Assembly (NCBI GenBank): GCA_040753015.1 | Contig: JBFMHM010000005.1 | Coordinates: 14,730 to 78,729, forward strand | Reading direction: 5' to 3' | DNA from: Candidatus Omnitrophota bacterium | Lineage (GTDB): Bacteria > Omnitrophota > Gorgyraeia > Gygaellales > JBFMHM01 | DNA length: 64,000 bases | In this document: positions 37,535 through 47,800 of the stretch, piece by piece | Layout of the letters: each line of letters begins with the position of its first letter | How positions within the stretch are numbered: position 1 is the first letter of the stretch | The notes under the pieces: generated by a model | Seen by the model: only the letters and a program-made list of their open reading frames with translations | Told to the model about the DNA's origin: nothing | Database searches by the model: none | Position numbers and translations under genes: made by a program

Positions 37535-39355
37535 TTAATCCTCCTTTAAGGGCCTGTAACTAAAACCTAGCCATTTAATATCTGCGTGGCTACAAAACTC
37601 TAAAACATTCAGCCGTATACCATGAACTAAAACCGACATCGGCCCAAGTATTAAATTTAAACCATGCCCAACTATCAAAATAAATACCGCAACAATCAGA
37701 TTAATAATATTCGCCTGCCAGTTAATACTACTAGCCATTAAATTAAATGTGTCAGCAACAGCTACACTAGCAAGCCCAACCGCAAAAAGACGCACATAAG
37801 ATACTACATCGGTAAAGTTGTTCATAATTGTAAGTGCAAGATTACCTAACCCGGCGCCAATCGCCTTCAAGATATTCTTCTGTGGGCTTGTAAACAGAAC
37901 TACAAAGATTACGCCGGATAACAACATCCATTTTGCTGCTGCTGGAAATGAATCTCCTAAAATAAGCGCCTTTGCCAAAAAGAATACTACCCAAAGGACT
38001 AAAATCCAACCAATGTCAACTAAAGCCGCCAAAGAAGGAAGTTTAATTATTGCTCTCCACAAGTGAGCCAGGCTTAAATGCAAAGCACCTAAAAAGAAAC
38101 AAAAAGTTTGCAATACGTTTGTATTGTTTAATGCCGGAGCAAGTGGTTTTATTGTCTTGGGCAGCCAACTCTGGCCAAAAAATGTGCCTGTCAATAACCC
38201 CCATATAATAGCGCAACCTATCAAAATATAAAAGAGAAAAAATATTTGTTTTTCATTCTTATTAAATTTCCTCTTTTTCTGTATCGAAAATGTAATTAAT
38301 AAATAAACTAATCCATAGCCAGCGTCGCCAATAATCATTCCGAAAAATATGCTAAAGAATATTAAAAATATCCTGCTAATATCTAACTCATGATACCCTG
38401 GCACAATCTCAACTAGTTTAAATACAGGCTCAATAATAGAAACCCACTTAGGGTTACGCACTAAAGTCGGAATAACATCTTCATCTGTTGGATCATTAAT
38501 CAAAATTGCCCATTTTTTAATCTTTGCACGTTCAGTTATTTTATTAGTTAAATCAGACGGCACAAACCCAACAAAATAAGAAAAAACCTCTTTCTTACCA
38601 CTTGCGCAAAGCACCTTCTGGAATTCAAGCTCTTTTTCAAGCCGAGATTTTACTTTTAAAAAATACTCATTAAAACAAGTATATTTATGCAAATCCGCTC
38701 TTAATAAACTTATTGTTTTTGCATCCTCGTCTTTTCTTTCAATCATCGCAGAGAGACGCATCTGCGGCAAGGAAACTTCTTTAAAAGGCACATCAATATT
38801 TTCCTGCCTGCTCGCCTCGCGGCGAAGCCGAGGGCCATCAGGCATGGCTGTTGCGATAACTAAACAATTAACTATGGCTGCTTTGGTTGAAATTTTTTCT
38901 ATAATTAAATTGGAGGGGAATTTATTTAATTCATTAGCCGGAACTTGATATAACTTTACAAAAATATTTTTCTTAGCTAAAGAGTGGATTTGTTCTATGT
39001 CAAAATCTCCCCATAAACGCCACTGGTCAATTTTATGTAAAAGCTGCTTTGAGTATTCCTCAAGATGGTCAATTCTTTTCCAAGAATCAATAATATGCCT
39101 TGCGCTTATTTTCCAATCAGTAATTTCTCTTTCCAGGTGTATTGCCTTACAATTCTCATACACCTCAAACTCTGCCAATACTTCTAATGCTTGATTTATT
39201 AGGCTTAAATCTGCTTCTAGACTTGTAATATTACTCGAACTTACAACATTTTGCATCTCAACATGTAAAACTCCTAGCCCCCTTAAATTTATTAATGCAT
39301 CTTCTTTATCTTTATCCTGCACAATAATTGCTACTTTTTTCATTGGCACAATCAT
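37535..39355 (-). CDS. atpI: V/A-type ATPase subunit I
   Basis: MIVPMKK start, FFGMIIGDAGYG, DVVSYVRLFAVG, HGIRLNVLEF. Confidence 0.9.
   Translation of the reverse strand: MIVPMKKVAIIVQDKDKEDALINLRGLGVLHVEMQNVVSSSNITSLEADLSLINQALEVLAEFEVYENCKAIHLEREITDWKISARHIIDSWKRIDHLEEYSKQLLHKIDQWRLWGDFDIEQIHSLAKKNIFVKLYQVPANELNKFPSNLIIEKISTKAAIVNCLVIATAMPDGPRLRREASRQENIDVPFKEVSLPQMRLSAMIERKDEDAKTISLLRADLHKYTCFNEYFLKVKSRLEKELEFQKVLCASGKKEVFSYFVGFVPSDLTNKITERAKIKKWAILINDPTDEDVIPTLVRNPKWVSIIEPVFKLVEIVPGYHELDISRIFLIFFSIFFGMIIGDAGYGLVYLLITFSIQKKRKFNKNEKQIFFLFYILIGCAIIWGLLTGTFFGQSWLPKTIKPLAPALNNTNVLQTFCFFLGALHLSLAHLWRAIIKLPSLAALVDIGWILVLWVVFFLAKALILGDSFPAAAKWMLLSGVIFVVLFTSPQKNILKAIGAGLGNLALTIMNNFTDVVSYVRLFAVGLASVAVADTFNLMASSINWQANIINLIVAVFILIVGHGLNLILGPMSVLVHGIRLNVLEFCSHADIKWLGFSYRPLKED
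38803..38848. repeat. GC-rich palindromic insertion in atpI (AMPDGPRLRREASRQ)
   Basis: cctgcctg-ctcgcctcgcggcgaagccgaggg-ccatcaggcatggc within an AT-rich gene. Confidence 0.5.
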
Positions 39356-39399
39356 TCGTCGCTTTTCGCTCCTCAAAATAAAAAATTAAAATGCAACAA

Positions 39400-40008
39400 T
39401 CAAAAACCCAATACTTCTTCTAATTCAATCTTACTTTTAGTAATTTTACTACGGCCTACAGCGTTAGCCATTTGATCACCTAAATAAATTTTGATTATCC
39501 GTATCGTCTCCAAACATTGAGGAATCTTAACTTTTTCAAATAAATTTACGCGCTGAGTAGTAATGCGCATCTCCTGGCGTAACACTTCAACTCCTTTTTT
39601 AATAAATCTTAATTCTTCTTCTAGGCAAACCGTTGCTTTTATCGCTAAAATAGCATAGTCTACCCAAAGCGGAGCTAAAAATAAATCATACTCAATTGGT
39701 TTAAACTCACAGCTTTTTAAACAGGCAATATCAACGCCGGCGACATTTTTTGTATAGGTAATATTTTTCTCTAATTGGATAAATTTTTTTATATCAAAGT
39801 TGTCTGTAAAAATACCACTATACATCAAAACCTCTTTTTTCTTTTGAGCAAGCCTATGCTCTCTTTCTTCCAAAAGAGAAAGTTGCGCTAAAATTTCCAT
39901 CTGCAGTTGCTGCTTTTTTAATTGCAAAGTGGGCAGGTAACGCTCATATTGCCTTAAAGCGTCTTTTTGTTTTTTTAATTCGCCTTTAGTAAGCTTAATC
40001 TTTGCCAT
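39400..40008 (-). CDS. atpD: V/A-type ATPase subunit D
   Basis: RYLPTLQLKK, TTQRVNLFEKVKIP. Confidence 0.92.
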   Translation of the reverse strand: MAKIKLTKGELKKQKDALRQYERYLPTLQLKKQQLQMEILAQLSLLEEREHRLAQKKKEVLMYSGIFTDNFDIKKFIQLEKNITYTKNVAGVDIACLKSCEFKPIEYDLFLAPLWVDYAILAIKATVCLEEELRFIKKGVEVLRQEMRITTQRVNLFEKVKIPQCLETIRIIKIYLGDQMANAVGRSKITKSKIELEEVLGF

Positions 40009-40038
40009 TTGAGTAAATTATACCCATAAAATCAGTAC

Positions 40039-40980
40039 CTACCTTTTACGCTCTCTATTATCTTGGTAGGTTTTTACTGCCTCAAAGCTCGTCAACCAAT
40101 TTCTGCCTTCTTTATAAGCTTCAATCTTTCCTTGACGACAAAGTAAATTTAAATATTTTTCTGAATAGGGTGTAGTCTTTGCAATCACTGATAACAACAT
40201 AAATTTACCTTTACTGTCTTTTGCGCCAACTAGAGTTTTTAAGTAAAGATTAATTGAACGCTCAACTGCCTGTGCTATAAATCTTACAAATTGAATATAA
40301 TTTCCTTTATCAGCTTTTTCTAAACTATCATAATATTTTTTACGATCATTTTTTAAAATAACAATTAATGGATAGCCTTTTTGCATAAGTAATAAATTCA
40401 TTACTAAGCGGGCAGTACGCCCATTGCCATCGAAAAATGGGTGTATAAAAACAAGCTTGTGGTGGACTATTGTAGCTAACTCTATCGGGTGTAGCTTATT
40501 TTTATTTACTCTTATCCATTCTAATAAATCCTTCATTAATATAGGCACTTCAAATGCGTCTGGCGGCCTATGAGATGAACCAGTAATAATAACATTGCCC
40601 TTGCGATATACCCCAGCTTCTTTTGGCTCTGTATCTTTTATAACCAATTGCTGAAGGTTACGAATTAATATTTCAGAAAAAGTAGCTCGCTTCCCATGCT
40701 CAATTAATTCGTACAAATAATTAAGTGCTTCGTAATGATCTTTTGCCTCAAGGTGATCCTTTAAAGATTTACCCTTAATAGTAATACCTTCGTTAATAAT
40801 TAAATAGGTCTCTTTAAGTGTAAGCTTATTACCTTCAATCGCATTAGAATTATAAGTCATTTCAATAGCAAACTGCTCTCTAAGCTTTGCTACTTGCTCA
40901 GGAGATAAAGGGCGCAGCTTCTGCAACTCTTTGAGTTTTGAATCTACACGCTCTCTTAAATGATCCTCTAAATATTTCAT
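40039..40980 (-). CDS. Fic family protein with C-terminal HTH-like tail
   Basis: TYNSNAIEGN, HPFFDGNGRTAR. Confidence 0.9.
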   Translation of the reverse strand: MKYLEDHLRERVDSKLKELQKLRPLSPEQVAKLREQFAIEMTYNSNAIEGNKLTLKETYLIINEGITIKGKSLKDHLEAKDHYEALNYLYELIEHGKRATFSEILIRNLQQLVIKDTEPKEAGVYRKGNVIITGSSHRPPDAFEVPILMKDLLEWIRVNKNKLHPIELATIVHHKLVFIHPFFDGNGRTARLVMNLLLMQKGYPLIVILKNDRKKYYDSLEKADKGNYIQFVRFIAQAVERSINLYLKTLVGAKDSKGKFMLLSVIAKTTPYSEKYLNLLCRQGKIEAYKEGRNWLTSFEAVKTYQDNRERKR

Positions 40981-41045
40981 TTTCTTAATATGGTATGGCT
41001 TACTTTTTCATAGTATACCATATTAGCATATTTGTGCAATAAATT

Positions 41046-41132
41046 TTATTTCCTCGGAAAAATCTGTTGCAGCTGTGCTTGTGGGATGTTTGCGGTAAGT
41101 ACTATTAGGATATCGCGTAGATTTAGATCGAC
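41046..41132 (-). pseudogene. Orphan paralogous C-terminus of the 2089-aa protein
   Basis: VDLNLRDILIVLTANIPQAQLQQIFPRK*; 34 identical bp at 41089-41122 and 41909-41942. Confidence 0.8.
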
Positions 41133-41143
41133 AGAATAATAAT

Positions 41144-41491
41144 TTATGCTCTATTCTCTTGATTTATAATTTGTTGAACATCTTTCTGAAGAGCTGGAAT
41201 TTTTTTAACAACAACATCCCAGACAATATCATAATCTACACCAAAATAATCATGTATTAATACATCTCGCATACCAGCGATTGCCTTCCACTCTATATTG
41301 GGATATTTATGTTTTAATTCGTCGGGGATCTTTTTTGTAGCTTCTCCAATAATTTCTATACTACGGACAAAAGCCCTCTGTAATGTTTCATTGCAAATAA
41401 ATTTATCCCTATCTAATTCAATTGACTTATCTGTAAGATACTTTGTTTCTTCTAAAATATGAAATAGATATTCAATTCCGGGAAATGACAT
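41144..41491 (-). CDS. HEPN (DUF86) toxin
   Basis: [18 protein letters not shown] (Rx4H). Confidence 0.88.
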   Translation of the reverse strand: MSFPGIEYLFHILEETKYLTDKSIELDRDKFICNETLQRAFVRSIEIIGEATKKIPDELKHKYPNIEWKAIAGMRDVLIHDYFGVDYDIVWDVVVKKIPALQKDVQQIINQENRA

Positions 41492-41777
41492 ATTCAACTT
41501 CTCTCATAATATTTGGTTTAATATAAGGGCTCAATGATTCATTGGTTACTAATTCAATACGTTGCTTAAGTAAATCCTCTAATAAAAAAGAAAGATGCAC
41601 AAAATTATCAAATGTTTTTTTATCACGATAAAATTCTACCAACAGATCTATATCGCTCTGAACAGTTTGTTCTTTTCGCACAAACGATCCAAATAAACCA
41701 AGCTTTTTTACACCAAAAGTCTTAATTTTATCTTGATTATCTCTGATAATCGATAAAACATCTTCTTTGCCAAACAT
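41472..41777 (-). CDS. Minimal nucleotidyltransferase (MNT) antitoxin
   Basis: FGSFVR..SDIDLLV; overlaps the HEPN gene. Confidence 0.88.
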   Translation of the reverse strand: MFGKEDVLSIIRDNQDKIKTFGVKKLGLFGSFVRKEQTVQSDIDLLVEFYRDKKTFDNFVHLSFLLEDLLKQRIELVTNESLSPYIKPNIMREVEYVISRN

Positions 41778-41862
41778 AATATTTCACCTCTTTTAAGATT
41801 CATTATAATCTTTATTTGAAAAAATTAAAGATATTTTTTAATTTGGTTTTTTTATTCAAAAA

Positions 41863-44800
41863 CTAATTCTTCCTCAAAAAAATCTGGCGTAACTGAATTT
41901 GTGATAAATTTGCGGTAAGTACTATTAGGATATCGCGTAGATGTAGGTTAGTGGGAATATATTGTTCCTCTTCTTGGCGCAATATTTTTGCGATAGAAGA
42001 AATTGTTTTCTGCTTATCTGTAAGATTCACTTCAATTATATTCGTAACATCCGCGCTGGTTAAATTATCAATTGCCTGCGTCACAATTGGCAAATTTGTA
42101 AAATCTATACCACCTAATGGTGAGCCTGTCGAACCATCAATTCCGCCTGGCTCTTCGGGTGCATTAGCTACGGTTGTATCTCTTTTCGGCAAAGTGATTG
42201 TGTAAACTAAACTATTTTCGGCTTCGTCGTAAACTACATTTACGCCTCCTCCGTGCATTTGAATAATTTGCCATAATAAATCCATGCCAAGCCCTTTGCC
42301 TGCGTCTTCATCAGAATAATCTGTAATTTCGCCAGTTTGTTCTTTTGTTAAAAACATATTTTGCCGGTTAAAATGCGAGTTAGTTTCAGTTAATCGTCTA
42401 AGTTCTACACTTGGCGCAACTTTTTTGCATTTTACAGTTAACGTGTATCCAGAGCCGCTTTCTTCTAAACTAATTTCTGGCTTTTCACTGCCATGTTTTA
42501 TAGTATTACTAAAAATCCTTGATGTAGCAAAACTAAATAAATCTAGATCAGCATAAATATTTTGACTGCTTAAATCATCTGAATAAACAACATCTTTTCT
42601 TTCTACTCTGCGCCCACCTGTATGATATGAACTTAAATTATTAAATACAGAATCAAATAATCCACCTAAAGGAATTTTAGTTTTTTCAACTTCGTCACTG
42701 AATAACTTCTTTAAAAACGATAAACTTGTTCTTAATTGCTGGCTTTTGGTTTGCATTTTCTCATACTCTGCAATAAATCTTGTATCATTTATGTGAGATT
42801 CGCGCTCTGTTTCAATAATAGCTTCGATTTTATCGCAAGTATCTACTAAGCCATCAATTGCTTTGATTATTTCGGCTTTATACTCTGCTAAATACTCGAC
42901 AACATTTTTATCAATTAACATTGCATGTTTAATGGCGAGAAAATAGTCGTAGTAATTGTTAAATTTTTCTATAAGGGGATTTCTATCATCCCATTTCGAA
43001 TAATCTACTCTTAGAACAAGAGTATCATATTCTGCACGTAAAACAGCCATAATATGCGCAATTGGCATTTGGCCATGTCCTAATACAATGCGTAGACCAT
43101 AAAACACGCGCTCAAAGTCTAATTGTTCCTGGCTATAACTTTCACCAGATTGTAAATAAGCAATTATGCGTCTTAAACCTTGATTATATTGTTCTTTTAA
43201 ACTACCGGAAAGATGCTTTTCCTTGACATATTCAATCAATTCAGTAACTGTTGTTGGCTTATCCTCCTCACCACAAACACCCTCTCGTATTAGCCTTTCT
43301 CGCTCTTCTTCACTAAATCCAGCGGCTTTTAAAATATGGGCTTTTTGCCTAATTTCTTCTGGCGTGTATGCCTTATCTGGGTTGGGATGTTTAGCAGGCC
43401 TGCCATCTGGGTCAATTACATAACAATGCCCTTTCTCTTTACCAACCAAATGCGCTTTGACAATTGCATCAAGTTCTGTATCGCTGACCGTTCTACCTAA
43501 AACTTCCTCCGCGCGGAGTTTCAAGGACAAGCGTTCTAAGGTATTTATAACTTCATTTCCTACAATCACCCTCGATGTATACATTTTTCCTTCAAGATCT
43601 TGGAAGTAATCATGAAGATGGACCATGGTATCCGTTCTTGGATGTATCTCGTTTCCTAATAAACATGCATATAATTCATTAAGTATAAGATCTATGTTAT
43701 TTGGATTATATCCACCCACTGTATTCATAATTCTGATAAGCTTATATTGTTCATCAGGATCTACCTTATCCCATATTGTTTTGACACCATCTCTTATAAA
43801 AGGCTCAGTAAAATAAAGGCCATGGCGAAACTCATGGCGTACTACTTGCCCTCGCTCAGGAGAATCTTGAGCAACTGAGATAATAGCAATTGTTTTTGAG
43901 TGGCTAGGGACATATTTGCCATTCGTATATTTCATAAAACCGAATCGCAATAAGTCATCTTTTATTTTTAATTCTGTATCATTTAAAACAATGCCTTTCT
44001 TTTTAGCTTGCGTATAGAATTTACAGATATCCTCAATTCTAAAATCATACCCTATACCTTTTTTTTCTTCACCTTTATCATATGCCTCTTTTAAGCGTCG
44101 ATCATCTAATACGTTGCCTGCATTCGTATCTGATTCGGTAAAAACAGACAGCCTAAAAAAGGCATCATCTTGAAGGCCTGTTGTTGCAAATTCAATATGA
44201 AATATATCTTCATCGCTGACCTGATAAAATTTATATTTGTGATCTATTGGTAAACTAAGTTTCTCCAACTCAGCGACACGTATACTTTCAATTCCATCTG
44301 GTTTTGTAATGTCTGAAGTTAGAGCAACTTCTACTCTTTGTGATACTCTTTGCTCTTCGGCTAATACTGGTTTATTTCCAATACTAATTCCCAAAAATAA
44401 CGCTAGAGGAATTAAAAAACTTCGCCATCTTCCAATCTCAAATAATCTTGAAGTAGAAACCGACGTAGCGCTTGGCATATTCGCATAACGCGTCGTTCCA
44501 TAACGTAAATTATACGCAATAGAACAAATCTCCTCTCTCGTCAATCGCTCTAATGGTTCCTTTTCTTCAAACCATACTGCTAATTGTTCTTCTTTTCTCA
44601 TATCAGAAACTCTATCATCAGAATCAAAAATAAAACCGCCACCGAGCCTTTTATTGATTTCTTGAAAAAAACCATAACCCTCATTCACTACCTTATCTGA
44701 ATCATAAAAAACACCGTGCATACCTATAATAATGTTAACTAAAGCATAATATGGCGTAATTTCGGCTTCGGCGTAACGCGAGGTACCTTCAGAATTAGAA

Positions 44801-47800
44801 ACTCCTAACAATTCCCTCCGTTTGTGTTCTATTTCATGTTCTCGAGTCGAACGAATTATACTATCAGTAATCTCATCTATATCCTTCTCGCCAAATTCTC
44901 GTAAAAACATTTGAAAAATCTGCCAATTCAACGTAGATGAATTAGTTGAAAAGTTTCGGAATCTTCTTCTAGACATAAAATCATCTTTGTTTGTTATTAT
45001 TTCTTTAATATTTTGAGCATGCTCTCTACAAGCAGAAACATTAATAATTACAGCGTTTTCATTTGTGATGCACAGACCAAGCAGACGCCATTGATAAAAT
45101 GGCTCTAGAAAAACTACCCCTATTTTTCTCTTCTCTAATTTTACTAGTTCACAGTCAATAACGCTTCCTATTGTTACAATGTATCTACGATATGCACTAC
45201 GTGATAATATTCTCTCTACTACAGCTATATCTTTCTCCCCACAAACGCCTGTTCGAATTAGTTTATCTCCCTCTTCCATAGTAAAACGCTTATCTCGCAT
45301 AAGTATAGTTAATATAGCTTTAAGGTCTGCGCGTCTAAAAGCTTTGGCTTTTTCGGGATTTCTGGCAGGATTATCGTCTGAACCAATTACATAACTACGC
45401 CCTCTTCTTATGCCTTCTTCGTGCGCTTCTATAATTGCATCAAGCTGTTCCTCAGTAACACCGTCTTTCCATTTTACTGGGTCAAGTTCTTGTAATGCCT
45501 TGTTGGCTGCCTCTCGAAGGCCTTGACGTTCTGCGGTAGAAACTGTAGTAAGAGTTGCCGCGGATTGTCGCCCTGCTACCGCCACTACTCCATCGCCTGT
45601 TTGTAAATCGGCAGAATATACAGTTGAAAATACCATTAAACCTGTTAGGTCTCCTGAATAACTCTGACGCAATCCTCCTAACTTACTATATTCTCTATTC
45701 AACATAACACCTAAATCAGAAATAATTGCTCTTCTTGAATACATTCTTATTCCCATATCATAATCTCTTAGATCTTCCGCTGGTTTTTCTCTCCCATAAA
45801 ACCAACCTTGTTTATATAATGATAGTGCATATGATCCCTGAGTGATTTCTAATAAACCACAATCTACGCTTTTACCCCCCAGACTAGGAGCAATAAACCC
45901 TAAAGCATCCGGTTTCATTATTTTTTTATAATTTGATGTGACGCTATTTATATTCGTAACCGCGGGACTCAACCAAAAAACAACATCATATTCTACGCTA
46001 TGATCTTCGGCAAATTCATCATCCAATAATCTAGAAATACCGGTTATCCTATCATCACTAAGCTCTGTTAACTCAGAGTCAACGCAAGTAATATGTATAT
46101 TTGGATACTGCTCTTTTAATAAATCTCTTATTACTCTTCCTTCCAGTAAAGTAGGGCCGCAGCCAATAACCGCAATATTTAATTTTCTTTCTTTATCACT
46201 GCCAAATCTAGCTTTGATCAAATCAATAAGATTAGCCTCTATTGGCTTTGCGCTAAGCATCACTCTAACAGCTTGCCATTCACTTAAGGTAGAAAGATAT
46301 TGTTCAAAACCAGATGGATTTTTCATTCCTGCATTTGTTTCAATAAATCCTCTAACCACTCTTCCCAATACAGTATTAGATTTATCTTCATCTGGTTGCG
46401 CTATAGGATTAACCTGCCAATCTTTACCTCTGTTAAAGAATTGTTGGGTTAGTCCTATGGCGGCATAGTGGTCTAAATATTGGTCTGGAATATTTTCTAA
46501 AGCTTCGTGTAGGATATATTCATCAATTAAATCTTTTGGCAAGCCGGCTTGGCCTTCTTGGCTAAACAAATACCAAATTAAATTTACAGCTAAAGCACAA
46601 TTTGAGCCAAGGAAGTAGCGGTTAGAGAATTCTGCTCTTGCATTAAACCAGTTAAAATACTCGGGTGGAGAACGTAAACAAGCAAACACTCTTTTAACTT
46701 GCTCTGCTGGAATGTTACGAGCTTCAAGCAAGCGCCTTAATTCAGCTTCACGGCTAATTATTCTAGCAGCTCGTTTATTTACCAATCCAACTACAGATTG
46801 GCCTGCTGCTTTTACAGTCTCAGAGTCCTGCCTAATATCCGCCTCAATTTGTATTATCTCCTCTGCGCTGTATCCGCGGGCAATTTGACCAGAACCTTCA
46901 TCTTTACTATGTACCACCACCTGATCTCCACTCACGCTTACTCTTTTAAGATAATCTGCACCTTCTGGCACAAGACTGTCGCCTGCAGGCAAACAGGTTA
47001 CAGAACTACCGGTTATCGGATCAACTGCGCGCTCTCCAACTTGCGGTATTTGACTAATGTTAAATACCGCTCCTCCACTAGTATATGTGCGGATAATTTT
47101 AGCTTTTGCTGTGGGGATAACTTCTTTTATATTGTATTCGCCTTCTTTGAAGGATTTTTCGTATTGGCGATAGTAGGCATCTATTGACCAGGGAGTTTTT
47201 GAAGTGAGATTGGTTAAATCACCAGAATCTATTTTTAATTTATCTTTATGTCTTTCTTTAAACCACTGGGCAATGATTAGAGAATAATAGACTTGCCTTA
47301 AAGCAGCGTAACGTTTTGATGAATTAATTTCTTTGTTAAGTTTTGGGATGATTAGTTCTTTAATAAGCTGTGCAGAATAATCGTTCAAGATTTTATCATT
47401 TTGGTTGCTATCAAACTCCCCCTTTATCCCCCTCTTTGGCAAAGAGGGGGCCTGGGGGAGTTGTCGGTGTTCTGCTTCTAACATCACCTTCATTGTTGCT
47501 TTGTAAACATAGCAAGAACCTTTATTTTCAGCAATAATTATCTCATCAGGAACAATCCATGGGCGAAGAAGAGTGGGGATTTTAATTTTTGTTGCGCCTT
47601 GTTGTAACTCTTTTGCCTTTATAAATAGCTTATTCCAATATTCTTTACCTTCTTTTGTTTTAGGTGAGGTTAATTTAGCTGTATCTTGTTTTAACTGAAC
47701 GTCGGCTTCAAGAAGAATTCTACCAACATCAGTTTGAGCTAATCGTTCGTCAATAACATTATTTTGTTCATTAGGCCCTAAACCAGAGCTCACTTCGTTC

